Assembly (NCBI RefSeq): GCF_000012905.2
Contig: NC_007493.2
Location: forward strand, 1,140,001 to 1,172,000
Reading direction: 5' to 3'
Length of the DNA: 32,000 nucleotides
From: Cereibacter sphaeroides 2.4.1
GTDB taxonomy: Bacteria; Pseudomonadota; Alphaproteobacteria; Rhodobacterales; Rhodobacteraceae
Shown: positions 6,126-16,344 of the stretch, one piece after another
Layout: each line of letters begins with the position of its first letter
How positions within the stretch are numbered: the stretch's first letter is position 1
The notes under the pieces: generated by a model
Seen by the model: the letters and a program-made list of their open reading frames with translations, nothing else
Database searches by the model: none
Told to the model about the DNA's origin: nothing
Translations under genes and position numbers: made by a program

Positions 6126-7937
6126 TTATTCCACCGTCACCGACTTCGCGAGGTTGCGCGGCTGGTCGACGTCGGTGCCCTTGGCGATGGCCGTGTGGTA
6201 GGCCAGAAGCTGTGCCGGCACCGCATAGAGGATCGGCGCCAGAAAATCGGCGACCTGGGGCAGGGCGAGCGTGCGCCAGCACCCGGCCCCCGCCTCCTCG
6301 ATGCCGCGCGCATCCGAGATCAAGAGCACCTTGCCGTGACGGGCCATCACCTCCTGCATGTTCGACACGGTCTTGTCGAACAGCGCGTCGCGCGGCGCCA
6401 TCACGATCACCGGCACCCGGTTGTCGATCAGGGCGATGGGGCCGTGCTTCAGCTCGCCCGAGGCATAGCCTTCGGCGTGGATGTAGCTGATCTCCTTCAG
6501 CTTCAGCGCCCCTTCGAGCGCCAGCGGGTACATTGGCCCGCGCCCGAGGAACAGAATGTCCTGCGCCTCGGCAAGCTCGCCCGCCAGATCGCGGATGTCG
6601 TCGGCCAGCCGCAGAGCATGGTTCATGAGACCGGGCAGCGTCGCCAGCGCGTCGAGCCTGCGGCCGAGCTCGGCCGCGTCGATCCGCCCGCGATCCTGCG
6701 CCGCCTTCAGCGCAAGAAGGGCGAGCACGGTCAGCTGGCAGGTGAAGGCCTTGGTGGAGGCCACGCCCACCTCGATGCCCGCGAGGATCGGCAGCGCGAG
6801 GTTCGCCTCGCGCGCGATCGAGGAGGTGGGCACGTTCACCACTGCAAGCGTCCGCGCCACGGCGTCGCCCGCATGCCGGAGAGCGGCCAGCGTGTCGGCG
6901 GTCTCGCCCGACTGGCTCACGAACACCGCCCAGGAGGTGGGCGAGAGCACCGGCTCGCGGTAGCGGAACTCCGAGGCGATATCCACGTCCGCCGGCAGGC
7001 CCGCAATCTGCTCGAACCAGTATTTCGCCACATGGCAGGCGTAGGAGGCCGTGCCGCAGGCGACGAGCGTCACCCGGTCCACGCCGGTGAAATCCACGCC
7101 CGGCAGGTTGATCCGGCCATCCTGCACATAGTGGCGCAGCGCATCCGCCAGAACGACCGGCTGCTCGGCGATCTCCTTGGCCATGAAATGCTTGTAGCCC
7201 GCCTTCTCGATCCGCGCGGCATCGATCTGGATCCGGGTGGTCGCGCGGTTCACGCGCCGGCCGTGGCTGTCGAAGATCTCGGCACCGGCGCGGGTCACGA
7301 CGGCCCAGTCGCCTTCCTCGAGGTAGGTGATCGCATCCGTCATCGGCGCGAGGGCGATCGCGTCAGATCCCACGAACATCTCGCCGTCGCCGTGCCCGAT
7401 GGCGAGCGGTGAGCCCCGGCGCGCGGCGATCAGCAGATCGTCCTCGCCCTCGAAGAGGAAGCAGAGTGCAAAGGCGCCCGTCAGCCGCGCAAGCGTCTCG
7501 GCGGCCGCCTCGCGCGGTCCGAGGCCGCGGGCCATGTGCATCTGCGTGAGCAGCGCCACCGTCTCGGTGTCGGTCTGGGTCTCGAAGGCGAAGCCGGCCT
7601 CGGCGAGCTCGGCCCGCAGGTCGCGGAAGTTCTCGATGATGCCGTTGTGAACCACCGCCACGGGGCCTGCACGATGCGGGTGGGCGTTGGTCACGGTGGC
7701 TGCACCATGGGTGGCCCAGCGGGTGTGGCCGATCCCGCTCTTGCCCGCCAGCGGATCGTGGACGAGCAGGTCGGACAGATTGACGAGCTTGCCCACGGCA
7801 CGGCGCCGGTCGAGCCGGCCGCCATTGACTGTGGCGATGCCGGCCGAGTCATAGCCGCGATATTCGAGACGCTTCAGCGCCTCGACCAGCAGCGGTGCGA
7901 CCTCGTGGTTGCCGAGGACTCCGACGATCCCGCACAT
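6126..7937 (-). CDS. glmS: Glutamine--fructose-6-phosphate aminotransferase (isomerising)
   Basis: This is the last 603 codons of track ORF 6126..9371. It starts MCGIVGVLGNHEV (Ntn Cys2), carries SIS-domain motifs and ends ...RNLAKSVTVE*. ATG 7937 overlaps the glmU stop (TGATG). Confidence 0.95.
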   Translation of the reverse strand: MCGIVGVLGNHEVAPLLVEALKRLEYRGYDSAGIATVNGGRLDRRRAVGKLVNLSDLLVHDPLAGKSGIGHTRWATHGAATVTNAHPHRAGPVAVVHNGIIENFRDLRAELAEAGFAFETQTDTETVALLTQMHMARGLGPREAAAETLARLTGAFALCFLFEGEDDLLIAARRGSPLAIGHGDGEMFVGSDAIALAPMTDAITYLEEGDWAVVTRAGAEIFDSHGRRVNRATTRIQIDAARIEKAGYKHFMAKEIAEQPVVLADALRHYVQDGRINLPGVDFTGVDRVTLVACGTASYACHVAKYWFEQIAGLPADVDIASEFRYREPVLSPTSWAVFVSQSGETADTLAALRHAGDAVARTLAVVNVPTSSIAREANLALPILAGIEVGVASTKAFTCQLTVLALLALKAAQDRGRIDAAELGRRLDALATLPGLMNHALRLADDIRDLAGELAEAQDILFLGRGPMYPLALEGALKLKEISYIHAEGYASGELKHGPIALIDNRVPVIVMAPRDALFDKTVSNMQEVMARHGKVLLISDARGIEEAGAGCWRTLALPQVADFLAPILYAVPAQLLAYHTAIAKGTDVDQPRNLAKSVTVE

Positions 7938-9301
7938 CAGGGGGCTTCCTTCTTCTTCGCGGCCTTGGCGGCGCGGAACATCTCCATGAGCCGGGTGGCC
8001 ATGCCGGGCTTCGTCACCTGACGGGCGCGGCCGAGCGCCAGCGCCTCGGCCGGCACATTCTCGGTGATGACCGATCCGGAGGCGGTCATCGCGCGCGCCC
8101 CCACCGTGACCGGCGCCACCAGCATCGTGTCCGAGCCGATGAAGGCATGGGCGCCGATCTCGGTCCGGTGCTTCATCACCCCATCGTAGTTGCAGGTGAC
8201 CGTGCCCGCGCCGATGTTCGTATGCTCGCCCACATGGGCGTCGCCGAGATAGGTGAGGTGGCCCACCTTCACCCCCTCGTCGAGCACGGCATTCTTGATC
8301 TCGACGAAGTTGCCCACATGCACGTCCTCGGCCAGTTCCGCGCCGGGGCGCAGGCGCGCGAAGGGGCCTACCGTGGCCCCGCGCGAGATGTGGCAGCCTT
8401 CGAGATGGCAGAAGGCGCGGATCTCGGCCCCGGATTCGACCGTGACGCCGGGTCCGAAGACCACGTTCGGCCCCACTATGGCGTCGCGCCCGAGGAACGT
8501 GTCGAGCGCGAAGAAGACCGTGTCGGGCGCGGTGAGCGTGACCCCGTCCTCGAGCGCCGCGGCGCGGGCGCGTTTCTGGAATTCCGCCTCGGCCTCGGCC
8601 AGTTGCGCGCGGGTGTTCACACCGAGCGTCTCGGCCTCGTCGCAGATCGCCACGCCGGCCGAGAGCCCGCGGACGCGGGCAAGGGCCACGACGTCTGTCA
8701 GGTAATATTCGCCCGCGGCATTGGCATTGCCCACTTCCGAGACGAGGGCGAGGAGAAGCCCCGCCTCGGCGCAGATGACGCCGGAGTTGCAGAGGCTTAT
8801 GGTGCGTTCTTCGTCCGTTGCATCCTTCCATTCGACGATCCGGTCGAGCTCTTCGCCCCGCGTCACCAGACGGCCGTAGCGACCGGGATCGGTGGCTTCG
8901 AAGCCGAGGACCACGACCGCGTGCCGCGACCGCAGGTCGAGCATCCGCTCGAGCGTCTCGGGCCGGATGAAGGGCGTGTCGCCATAGAGCACCACCGCTT
9001 CGCCGGGCGCATCGGCCAGCAAAGGCGCGGCCTGCGCCACGGCATGGGCCGTGCCCAGCTGTTCGGCCTGCACCACCACCTCGATGCTCTCGTCGAAGGC
9101 GCGCGCGGCCTTGGCGACCGCTTCGGCCCCGTGTCCGGCCACCACCACGACCCGCTCGGGTTCGAGCGACTGGCCCGCCCGGAGCGCGTGATGCAGCATC
9201 GGAGCCGCCCCCAGCGGGTGCAGGACCTTGGGCAGGTCCGAGTTCATCCGTGTGCCCTGTCCGGCAGCCAGAACGATCAATGATACGGTGGCACGGTCCA
9301 T
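7937..9301 (-). CDS. glmU: Bifunctional UDP-N-acetylglucosamine pyrophosphorylase / glucosamine-1-phosphate N-acetyltransferase
   Basis: LAAGQGTRM motif plus C-terminal hexapeptide-repeat region. The track start 9307 is a GTG. ATG 9301 (MDRATVS...) has an AAAGGAAAGGG SD at about 5 nt and is preferred. Confidence 0.93.
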   Translation of the reverse strand: MDRATVSLIVLAAGQGTRMNSDLPKVLHPLGAAPMLHHALRAGQSLEPERVVVVAGHGAEAVAKAARAFDESIEVVVQAEQLGTAHAVAQAAPLLADAPGEAVVLYGDTPFIRPETLERMLDLRSRHAVVVLGFEATDPGRYGRLVTRGEELDRIVEWKDATDEERTISLCNSGVICAEAGLLLALVSEVGNANAAGEYYLTDVVALARVRGLSAGVAICDEAETLGVNTRAQLAEAEAEFQKRARAAALEDGVTLTAPDTVFFALDTFLGRDAIVGPNVVFGPGVTVESGAEIRAFCHLEGCHISRGATVGPFARLRPGAELAEDVHVGNFVEIKNAVLDEGVKVGHLTYLGDAHVGEHTNIGAGTVTCNYDGVMKHRTEIGAHAFIGSDTMLVAPVTVGARAMTASGSVITENVPAEALALGRARQVTKPGMATRLMEMFRAAKAAKKKEAP

Positions 9302-9401
9302 CGGCACCCTTTCCTTTGCGATGCGCCCGTTTTAACGGGGATGGGCGAGGCCGCAAGGCCACGGCCATCACACTCTCTTACCGGCTGTTTCAGGAGGCAC
9401 C

Positions 9402-10091
9402 ATGCAGAACGGATCGAACGGAACGCGACGCACGGTGGTTCTGGACCTCGACGGAACGCTGGCCGACACGAGCGCGGATCTGATCGCCTCGGCCAATGCC
9501 TGTTTCCGCGCTCTGGGCCGCGGCGAGCCGCTCGACCCGTTGAAGGATGCGCTGACGGCCTTCCACGGCGGGCGCGCCATGCTGAGGCTCGGGTTCGAGC
9601 GGCTGGACGGGCAGAGCGCCGAGGCCGAGATCGACCTGCAGTATCCGCTGCTGCTCGAGAACTACCGCTGCGCGATCAACGTCCATACGACGCTCTATCC
9701 GGGCGCACGCGATGCGGTCGAGCGGCTGAGAGCCGAGGGCTTCGCCACCGCGATCTGCACCAACAAGCCCGAGGCTCTGGCCGAGACGCTGCTCTCGCTT
9801 CTGGAGGTGCGTCATCTCTTCGATGCGATGATCGGTGCGGATACGCTGCCCGTCCGCAAGCCCGATCCCGCGCCCTACGTCGCCTCGGTCGAGCGCGCGG
9901 GCGGTGCGGTGGCGCACTCGATGCTGGTGGGCGACACGCGCACCGACCGCGACACGGCCCGCGCGGCCGGCGTGCCCGTGGCCCTCGTGACCTTCGGGCC
10001 GAGCGGGATGGACGTGGCCGAGCTCGGCCCCGACGGGCTTCTGCACCATTTCGACGAGCTGCCGGACCTCGCCGCCCGCCTGCTCGGCTGA
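9402..10091 (+). CDS. gph: HAD-superfamily hydrolase, phosphoglycolate phosphatase-like
   Basis: SD AGGAGG 9392-9397. DLDGTLADT motif I, TNK motif and GDT..D motif of HAD-IA phosphatases. Confidence 0.8.
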   Translation: MQNGSNGTRRTVVLDLDGTLADTSADLIASANACFRALGRGEPLDPLKDALTAFHGGRAMLRLGFERLDGQSAEAEIDLQYPLLLENYRCAINVHTTLYPGARDAVERLRAEGFATAICTNKPEALAETLLSLLEVRHLFDAMIGADTLPVRKPDPAPYVASVERAGGAVAHSMLVGDTRTDRDTARAAGVPVALVTFGPSGMDVAELGPDGLLHHFDELPDLAARLLG

Positions 10092-10099
10092 GCCGCGAA

Positions 10100-10120
10100 G
10101 CGGGGCCCGGCAGGCCCCGC
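10100..10120. terminator. Shared hairpin between the convergent gph and creA genes
   Basis: GCGGGGCC-CGGCA-GGCCCCGC fills almost the whole 31-nt gap between the two stop codons. There is no clear T-tract on either side. Confidence 0.45.
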
Positions 10121-10122
10121 CG

Positions 10123-10575
10123 TTACTCCCGCGCGCGCCAGAGCGGCACCGTCGAGATCGACATCTTGGCCGAGCCCTCGGTCAGCTCCCGCGCATGGAC
10201 GAGGTAGATGAGCGTGTCGTTCGCCTCGTCGTAGATCCGCGTGATCCGCAGCGATTTCAGCACGAGCGACCGGCTCGCCTTGAAGATCTCCTCGCCGTCC
10301 TTCGACCGGTCGATGTCGCCCACCGTGACCGGGCCGGTCTGCCGGCAGGCGATCGAGGCGTTCGAGGGATCCTCGAACCAGTTGCCCTGCCGTAGCCGGT
10401 CGATCACCGACCGGTCGAAATAGGCGATGTGACAGGTCACGCCCTGCACCTCGGGATCCGGGATCGCCTCGATCAGGATGTCGTTGCCGACCCAGTCCAC
10501 GCCGACCTCGCCCACCACCTCGGCGTCCGCGGGGGTTGCCAGCAGCAGCGCCAGCGCCATCCAGACATGTTTCAT
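10123..10575 (-). CDS. creA: CreA family periplasmic protein
   Basis: Internal ATG 10575 sits behind SD GGAGGTG and gives MKHVWMALALLLATPADA (signal peptide). The body aligns by eye with E. coli CreA (..VTC.., ..ASIACRQTGPV.., SLVLKSLRITRIYD.., ..EGS.K.SIS). Confidence 0.85.
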   Translation of the reverse strand: MKHVWMALALLLATPADAEVVGEVGVDWVGNDILIEAIPDPEVQGVTCHIAYFDRSVIDRLRQGNWFEDPSNASIACRQTGPVTVGDIDRSKDGEEIFKASRSLVLKSLRITRIYDEANDTLIYLVHARELTEGSAKMSISTVPLWRARE

Positions 10576-10676
10576 CCGCACCTCCTGTTCCGGGGCCGGA
10601 GCATGGCGCAGATCCGCCCGCTGCGCGAGGCCGCTGCACGCCGCACTTGACCGACTCGGGCCGGACAGGCAAGAAA

Positions 10677-10690
10677 TGAACATACGTTCA
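10677..10690. promoter_or_regulatory. Inverted repeat TGAAC-ATAC-GTTCA, 17 nt upstream of the ivd start; candidate operator
   Basis: Read directly. The extended arms AATGAACAT / ACGTTCAAT are 7/9 symmetric. It lies in the divergent creA-ivd spacer. Confidence 0.4.
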
Positions 10691-10706
10691 ATAAAGGGCT
10701 CGCCGC

Positions 10707-11864
10707 ATGTTTCACGCTCCGATGACCTTCGACCTCGGCGAGGAGATCGCCGCCCTCCGCGAGACCGTCCATGCCTGGGCGCAGGAGCGGGTGAAGCCCA
10801 TGGCCGCCCGGATCGACCGCGAGAACGTCTTCCCGGCCGAGCTCTGGCGCGAGATGGGCGAGCTCGGGCTTCTGGGCATCACGGTCCCCGAGGAATTCGG
10901 CGGCTCGGACATGGGCTATCTCGCCCATACGGTCGCCGTGGAGGAGGTGGCGCGCGCCTCGGCCTCGGTCTCGCTCAGCTACGGGGCGCATTCCAACCTC
11001 TGCGTGAACCAGATCCGCCTGAACGGCAGCCCTGAGCAGAAGGCGCGCTATCTGCCGAAGCTCGTCTCGGGCGAGCATGTGGGGGCGCTCGCCATGTCCG
11101 AGGCGGGCGCGGGCTCGGACGTGGTGTCGATGAAGCTCAAGGCCGAGAAGCGGAACGGCTACTATGTCCTCAACGGCACGAAATACTGGATCACCAACGG
11201 GCCGGATGCGGATGTTCTGGTGGTCTATGCCAAGACCGACCCTGAGGCGGGCGCGAAGGGCATCACTGCCTTCCTGATCGAAAAGTCGATGACGGGCTTC
11301 TCGACCTCGCCGCACTTCGACAAGGTGGGGATGCGCGGCTCGAACACGGGCGAGCTGATCTTCGAGAATTGCGAGGTGCCGTTCGAGAATGTCCTCGGGC
11401 AGGACGGCAAGGGGGTGCGCGTCCTCATGTCGGGGCTCGATTACGAGCGCGTGGTGCTGTCGGGGATCGGCACGGGGATCATGGCGGCCTGCCTCGACGA
11501 GGTGGTGCCCTACTGCCAGAGCCGCCAGCAGTTCGGTCAGCCGATCGGAAACTTCCAGCTGATGCAGGGCAAGCTCGCCGACATGTATGTCGCGCTGAAC
11601 ACGGCGCGGGCCTATGTCTACGAGACGGCGCGCGCCTGCGATGCGGGGCGGGTGACGCGCGCGGATGCGGCGGGCTGCGTGCTCTATGCCTCGGAGCAGG
11701 CGATGGTGCAGGCGCATCAGGCGGTGCAGGCGCTCGGCGGCGCGGGCTTCCTGAACGATTCCGTCGTGAGCCGGCTCTTCCGCGATGCGAAGCTGATGGA
11801 GATCGGGGCGGGAACTTCCGAGATCCGCCGGATGCTCATCGGCCGCGAACTTATGGCGGGCTGA
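10707..11864 (+). CDS. ivd: Isovaleryl-CoA dehydrogenase
   Basis: 385-aa acyl-CoA dehydrogenase with an IVD-like sequence ([55 protein letters not shown]). The context is methylcrotonyl-CoA carboxylase and HMG-CoA lyase genes. Confidence 0.9.
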   Translation: MFHAPMTFDLGEEIAALRETVHAWAQERVKPMAARIDRENVFPAELWREMGELGLLGITVPEEFGGSDMGYLAHTVAVEEVARASASVSLSYGAHSNLCVNQIRLNGSPEQKARYLPKLVSGEHVGALAMSEAGAGSDVVSMKLKAEKRNGYYVLNGTKYWITNGPDADVLVVYAKTDPEAGAKGITAFLIEKSMTGFSTSPHFDKVGMRGSNTGELIFENCEVPFENVLGQDGKGVRVLMSGLDYERVVLSGIGTGIMAACLDEVVPYCQSRQQFGQPIGNFQLMQGKLADMYVALNTARAYVYETARACDAGRVTRADAAGCVLYASEQAMVQAHQAVQALGGAGFLNDSVVSRLFRDAKLMEIGAGTSEIRRMLIGRELMAG

Positions 11865-11889
11865 GCGATGGCGGGGCGTCCCCTTCATG

Positions 11890-11948
11890 CCGCGGGCAAA
11901 AGGGCTCTCGCCCGCGGGAGGGGCCGGCCCGGGACTCCCGGACCGGCC
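11890..11948. terminator. Two GC-rich hairpins between the convergent ivd and ompW genes
   Basis: CCGCGGGC (11890-97) pairs with GCCCGCGG (11910-17). GGCCGGCCCGGGA (11922-34) pairs with TCCCGGACCGGCC (11936-48) with one mismatch. T-tracts are absent. Confidence 0.4.
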
Positions 11949-11954
11949 GCAGGA

Positions 11955-12566
11955 TCAGAACTTCCAGATGTAGGAGACGCCCACCACCACCGGGTCGATC
12001 TCCGCGGTGCCGATGCTGGCGCCATTGAGCTTGGCGTCGCTGTCGATATCCATCCAGCGCACGTCGGCCCGGATCGCGTTGCGGTCGTTCAGCCAGTAGT
12101 CGAAGCCCGCATGGACCGACAGGCCCCAGCTGTCGTCGAGCTCGAGATCGCCGAGCGGCGTCTCTTCGTCGAAGAAGGTGACATAGGTCACGCCGGCACC
12201 CACGAAGGGCGCGAAGGCGCCGCCGGTGGGGAAGTGATACTGCAGCGTCACCGTCGGCGGCAGATGCTTGACCGAGCCGATTTTGCCCAGACCGTCCAGC
12301 GACACGTCATGCTTGAAGGGCGTGGCGGCCAGGATCTCGATGCCGAGGTTGTCGCGGATGAAATATTCGAAGGTGATCGTGGGCTGCACGTCATTGCCCA
12401 CCTCCGCACCCAGTCCGGCGAGCGTGCCATTGTCGGATTTCGGCATCACGCTGCCGAGGCCTATGCCGAAGGTCATGTCTCCGGCCGACTGGGCGGCCAC
12501 CGGGGCCGCGGCGAGGAGGGCGAGGGTCGCGGCGAAGGCCGCGGGAATCATCGTGTGCATCTGCAT
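11955..12566 (-). CDS. ompW: OmpW family outer membrane protein
   Basis: Signal peptide ...AAAPVAAQSAG, beta-barrel pattern and terminal aromatic residue ...GVSYIWKF*. SD spacing favours the second ATG at 12560. Confidence 0.88.
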   Translation of the reverse strand: MQMHTMIPAAFAATLALLAAAPVAAQSAGDMTFGIGLGSVMPKSDNGTLAGLGAEVGNDVQPTITFEYFIRDNLGIEILAATPFKHDVSLDGLGKIGSVKHLPPTVTLQYHFPTGGAFAPFVGAGVTYVTFFDEETPLGDLELDDSWGLSVHAGFDYWLNDRNAIRADVRWMDIDSDAKLNGASIGTAEIDPVVVGVSYIWKF

Positions 12567-12703
12567 ACCTTGGGGTTACCAACGCCGGCGACCCTCGTCC
12601 CTGATCGGCCCGATCGCCTTGATCTGCGTCAATGGCTTTCGGTGTTCCGCGCGCCGCAGCGCGCAGGCTACGCCTCACCCGTCCTCCAGCTTCCGGGCCG
12701 CTC

Positions 12704-14308
12704 ATGAAACTTTCCTCCCGCGTTCTGCCCTCGTCCGAGACCTTCCGCGCCAACCGCGCCCACCATCTGGCGCTGATCGCCGAGACGGCCGAGGCCGCCG
12801 CATGGGCTGCGGCGGGCGGCGGGCCTGCCGCACAGGCGCGCCACGCGGCCCGCGGCAAGCTGCCCCCGCGCGAGCGGGTGGCGGGGCTCCTCGATCCGGG
12901 CTCGCCCTTCCTCGAGATCGGCGCCTTCGCCGCCCACGGCCTCTATGACGGCGCCGCTCCGGCCGCGGGCGTGATCGCGGGCATCGGCCGGGTGCACGGG
13001 CAGGAGGTGATGGTCGTCTGCAACGACGCCACCGTGAAGGGCGGCACCTACTATCCGATGACCGTGAAGAAGCACCTGCGTGCGCAGGAGATCGCCGCCG
13101 AATGCCGGCTGCCCTGCGTCTATCTGGTGGATTCCGGGGGCGCGAACCTGCCCAATCAGGACGAGGTCTTCCCCGACCGCGACCATTTCGGCCGCATCTT
13201 CTACAATCAGGCGCAGATGAGCGCGGCCGGCATTCCCCAGATCGCCGTGGTCATGGGCTCCTGTACCGCGGGCGGCGCCTATGTGCCCGCCATGTCCGAC
13301 GTCACGATCATCGTGAGAAACCAGGGCACGATCTTCCTCGCCGGCCCGCCCCTCGTGAAGGCCGCGACGGGCCAGGTGGTCTCGGCCGAGGATCTGGGCG
13401 GCGGCGAGGTCCATACCCGGCTCTCCGGTGTGGCGGACTATCTGGCGGAGGACGATGCCCATGCATTGGCGCTTGCGCGCCGTGCGTTGGGGCAGTTGAA
13501 CCGGACCCGGCCCGAGACCGTGGCCTGGGCCGCGCCCGAGGATCCCGCCCATGACCCCGAGGAGATCCTCGGGCTGGTGCCGGCCGACCTCCGCACGCCC
13601 TGGGACATCCGCGAACTGATCGCGCGCCTCGTCGACGGCTCGCGCTTCGACGAGTTCAAGCCGCGCTTCGGCGAGACGCTCGTCACGGGCTTCGCCCATC
13701 TCATGGGCTGCCCGGTGGGGATCGTGGCCAACAACGGCGTCCTCTTCTCCGAGGCGGCGATCAAGGGCGCCCATTTCGTCGAGCTCTGCTCGCAGCGCTC
13801 CATCCCGCTGATCTTCCTGCAGAACATCACGGGCTTCATGGTGGGACGGCGCTACGAGAACGAGGGCATCGCCCGCCACGGCGCCAAGATGGTGACGGCC
13901 GTCGCCACCACCGCCGTGCCCAAGATCACGCTCCTCGTCGGCGGCTCCTTCGGCGCGGGCAATTACGGCATGGCCGGGCGCGCCTATTCGCCGCGCTTCC
14001 TCTGGACCTGGCCCAACTCCCGCATCTCGGTCATGGGCGGCGAGCAGGCGGCAGGCGTCCTCGCCACCGTCCGGCGCGACGCGATCGAGCGGCAGGGCGG
14101 CCACTGGTCGGCCGAAGAGGAGGCCGCCTTCAAGCGCCCCACCATCGAGATGTTCGAGCGCCAGAGCCACCCGCTCCATGCCTCCGCCCGCCTCTGGGAC
14201 GATGGGATCGTCGATCCGCGCAAGAGCCGCGAGACCCTGTTCCTCTCGCTGTCGGCGGCCCTCAACGCCCCCATCGCGCCCACCCGCTTCGGCCTCTTCC
14301 GGATGTGA
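12704..14308 (+). CDS. mccB: Methylcrotonyl-CoA carboxylase, carboxyltransferase (beta) subunit
   Basis: Internal ATG 12704 of track ORF 12632..14308 gives [25 protein letters not shown]..., 534 aa, the usual family length and N-terminus. The [14 protein letters not shown] motif is present. Confidence 0.9.
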   Translation: MKLSSRVLPSSETFRANRAHHLALIAETAEAAAWAAAGGGPAAQARHAARGKLPPRERVAGLLDPGSPFLEIGAFAAHGLYDGAAPAAGVIAGIGRVHGQEVMVVCNDATVKGGTYYPMTVKKHLRAQEIAAECRLPCVYLVDSGGANLPNQDEVFPDRDHFGRIFYNQAQMSAAGIPQIAVVMGSCTAGGAYVPAMSDVTIIVRNQGTIFLAGPPLVKAATGQVVSAEDLGGGEVHTRLSGVADYLAEDDAHALALARRALGQLNRTRPETVAWAAPEDPAHDPEEILGLVPADLRTPWDIRELIARLVDGSRFDEFKPRFGETLVTGFAHLMGCPVGIVANNGVLFSEAAIKGAHFVELCSQRSIPLIFLQNITGFMVGRRYENEGIARHGAKMVTAVATTAVPKITLLVGGSFGAGNYGMAGRAYSPRFLWTWPNSRISVMGGEQAAGVLATVRRDAIERQGGHWSAEEEAAFKRPTIEMFERQSHPLHASARLWDDGIVDPRKSRETLFLSLSAALNAPIAPTRFGLFRM

Positions 14309-14403
14309 GCGGTGACCCTTCTTCCTTTCATTCTGGCAAAAATATCCTCGGGGGGTGCGGGGGGCGGAAAGCCCCCCGCGGCCGGCCCGGAAGGCGAGGT
14401 CCG

Positions 14404-16344
14404 ATGTTCCGCAAGATCCTGATCGCCAACCGCGGCGAGATCGCCGTCCGCATCGCGGCCACCGCCCGGCGCCTGGGCGTGGCGACCGTCGCCGTCCATT
14501 CCGATGCCGATGCCGAGGCGCTCCATGTGGCCGTGGCCGACGAGGCGGTGCCGATCGGCGGCCCGCAGCCGGCCGACAGCTACCTGCGCGGCGAGCGGCT
14601 GATCGAGGCGGCCCTCGCCACCGGGGCGGAAGCCATCCATCCGGGCTACGGCTTCCTCTCCGAGAACCCCGAGTTCGTCGAGGCGGTCGAGGCCGCGGGC
14701 CTCGTCTTCATCGGCCCCTCGGCCGCGGCGATCCGCGCCATGGGCCTGAAGGATGCCGCCAAGGCGCTGATGGCCGAGGCGGGCGTGCCCGTCGTGCCGG
14801 GCTATCACGGCGCGGATCAGGAGCCCGAACATCTGGCCCTGATGGCCCAGGACATCGGCTATCCGGTCCTCATCAAGGCGGTGGCGGGCGGGGGCGGCAA
14901 GGGGATGCGCCGCGTCGAGCGGGCGGAGGAGTTCGCCGCAGCCCTCGCCTCCGCCCGGGCCGAGGCCCGCACCGCCTTCGGCAACGAGGCGGTGCTGATC
15001 GAGAAATGGATCGACTGTCCGCGTCATATCGAGCTGCAGGTGTTCGGCGACGGCACCGATGCGGTCCATCTCTACGAGCGCGACTGCTCGCTGCAGCGCC
15101 GGCACCAGAAGGTGATCGAGGAGGCGCCGGCCCCCGGCATGACGCCCGCGATGCGCGCCGCGATGGGCGAGGCCGCGGTGCGGGCCGCCCGCGCCATCGG
15201 CTACCGCGGGGCGGGCACGGTCGAATTCATCGTGGACGGCTCGGCCGGCCTCAGCCCGGACCGGTTCTGGTTCATGGAGATGAACACGCGGCTTCAGGTC
15301 GAGCATCCGGTGACCGAGGCCGTGACGGGCATCGATCTCGTGGAATGGCAGCTGCGCGTGGCCGCGGGCGAACCCCTGCCGCTCGCGCAGGAGGACATCC
15401 CCCTCCGCGGCCATGCCTTCGAGGCAAGGCTCTATGCCGAGGACGTCCCCGCGGGCTTCCTGCCCGCGATCGGCCGGCTCGACCATCTGCGCTTCGCCGA
15501 CGGCATCCGCGCCGATACGGGCGTGCGGACGGGCGACCGGATCAGCCCCTGGTACGATCCGATGATCGCCAAGATCGTCGCCCATGGCCCGTCGCGGGCC
15601 TCCGCGCTGAACCGGCTCGCGCGCGCGCTCGAAGAGACCGAGGTGGCGGGCACGGTCACGAACCTCGCCTTCCTGCGCCGCCTCGCGCAGCACCCGGGTT
15701 TCGCTGCGGGAGAGGTGGACACGGGCCTCATCGGCCGCGATCTGGCCGCCCTGATCGCGCCCGCGACGCTGGCCCCGGAAACGGTCGCGGCGGCGCTCCT
15801 CGTGGCCGAGCTCGGCGAGACGCCCGCCCCCCTTCAGGGCTTCAGCCTCTGGACGCCCCTTCGAAGGCACGTCCGCCTGCGCCATGGCTCGGAGGAGATC
15901 GCGGCGGCGCTCACCGTCGAGGCGCCGGGCAGGGCCACCGTCGAGCTGGGCGAGGCGCGCCTCGCCGCGCGGCTGCGCCCCGAGGGCTGGGCGGTGGCGG
16001 GGCGCCCTCCGGCGCGCGTCCTGCGGATCGGGACGCAGGTTCATGTCTTCGCCCGCACCGGCACCGTCAGCTTCGAGATCCCCGATCCGCTCGACCGCGG
16101 CACGGAGGAGGCGGGGCAGGGCGGCCTCACCCTCTCGCCCATGCCGGGCCTCGTCCGGGAGGTCTCGGTGCGGGCGGGCGACCGGGTGGAGAAGGGCGAC
16201 CGTCTCGCGGTGATCGAGGCGATGAAGATGGAGCATGTGCTGACCGCCGCCCGGGACGGCACGGTGGCCGAGGTGCTGGTCGAGGCCGGCGCGCAGGTCG
16301 AGGCCGGGGCGGCGCTCGTGCGGCTGGAGGAGGCCGATGGCTGA
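14404..16344 (+). CDS. mccA: Methylcrotonyl-CoA carboxylase, biotin carboxylase/biotin carrier (alpha) subunit
   Basis: Starts MFRKILIANRGEIAVRI at ATG 14404. It has an ATP-grasp biotin carboxylase body and a C-terminal biotinyl motif IEAMKMEH. Confidence 0.92.
   Translation: MFRKILIANRGEIAVRIAATARRLGVATVAVHSDADAEALHVAVADEAVPIGGPQPADSYLRGERLIEAALATGAEAIHPGYGFLSENPEFVEAVEAAGLVFIGPSAAAIRAMGLKDAAKALMAEAGVPVVPGYHGADQEPEHLALMAQDIGYPVLIKAVAGGGGKGMRRVERAEEFAAALASARAEARTAFGNEAVLIEKWIDCPRHIELQVFGDGTDAVHLYERDCSLQRRHQKVIEEAPAPGMTPAMRAAMGEAAVRAARAIGYRGAGTVEFIVDGSAGLSPDRFWFMEMNTRLQVEHPVTEAVTGIDLVEWQLRVAAGEPLPLAQEDIPLRGHAFEARLYAEDVPAGFLPAIGRLDHLRFADGIRADTGVRTGDRISPWYDPMIAKIVAHGPSRASALNRLARALEETEVAGTVTNLAFLRRLAQHPGFAAGEVDTGLIGRDLAALIAPATLAPETVAAALLVAELGETPAPLQGFSLWTPLRRHVRLRHGSEEIAAALTVEAPGRATVELGEARLAARLRPEGWAVAGRPPARVLRIGTQVHVFARTGTVSFEIPDPLDRGTEEAGQGGLTLSPMPGLVREVSVRAGDRVEKGDRLAVIEAMKMEHVLTAARDGTVAEVLVEAGAQVEAGAALVRLEEADG

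Noticed and set aside
6126-9371. 1081-aa ORF in the track spanning glmS and glmU
   Set aside because: Only the last 603 codons (from ATG 7937) are GlmS. The upstream part is an Arg/Gly/Pro-rich out-of-frame read-through across glmU, a high-GC artefact.
14326-14345. Sigma-54-like TGGCA in the mccB-mccA spacer
   Set aside because: No GC/TTGC element sits at the required 10-nt distance from the GG.
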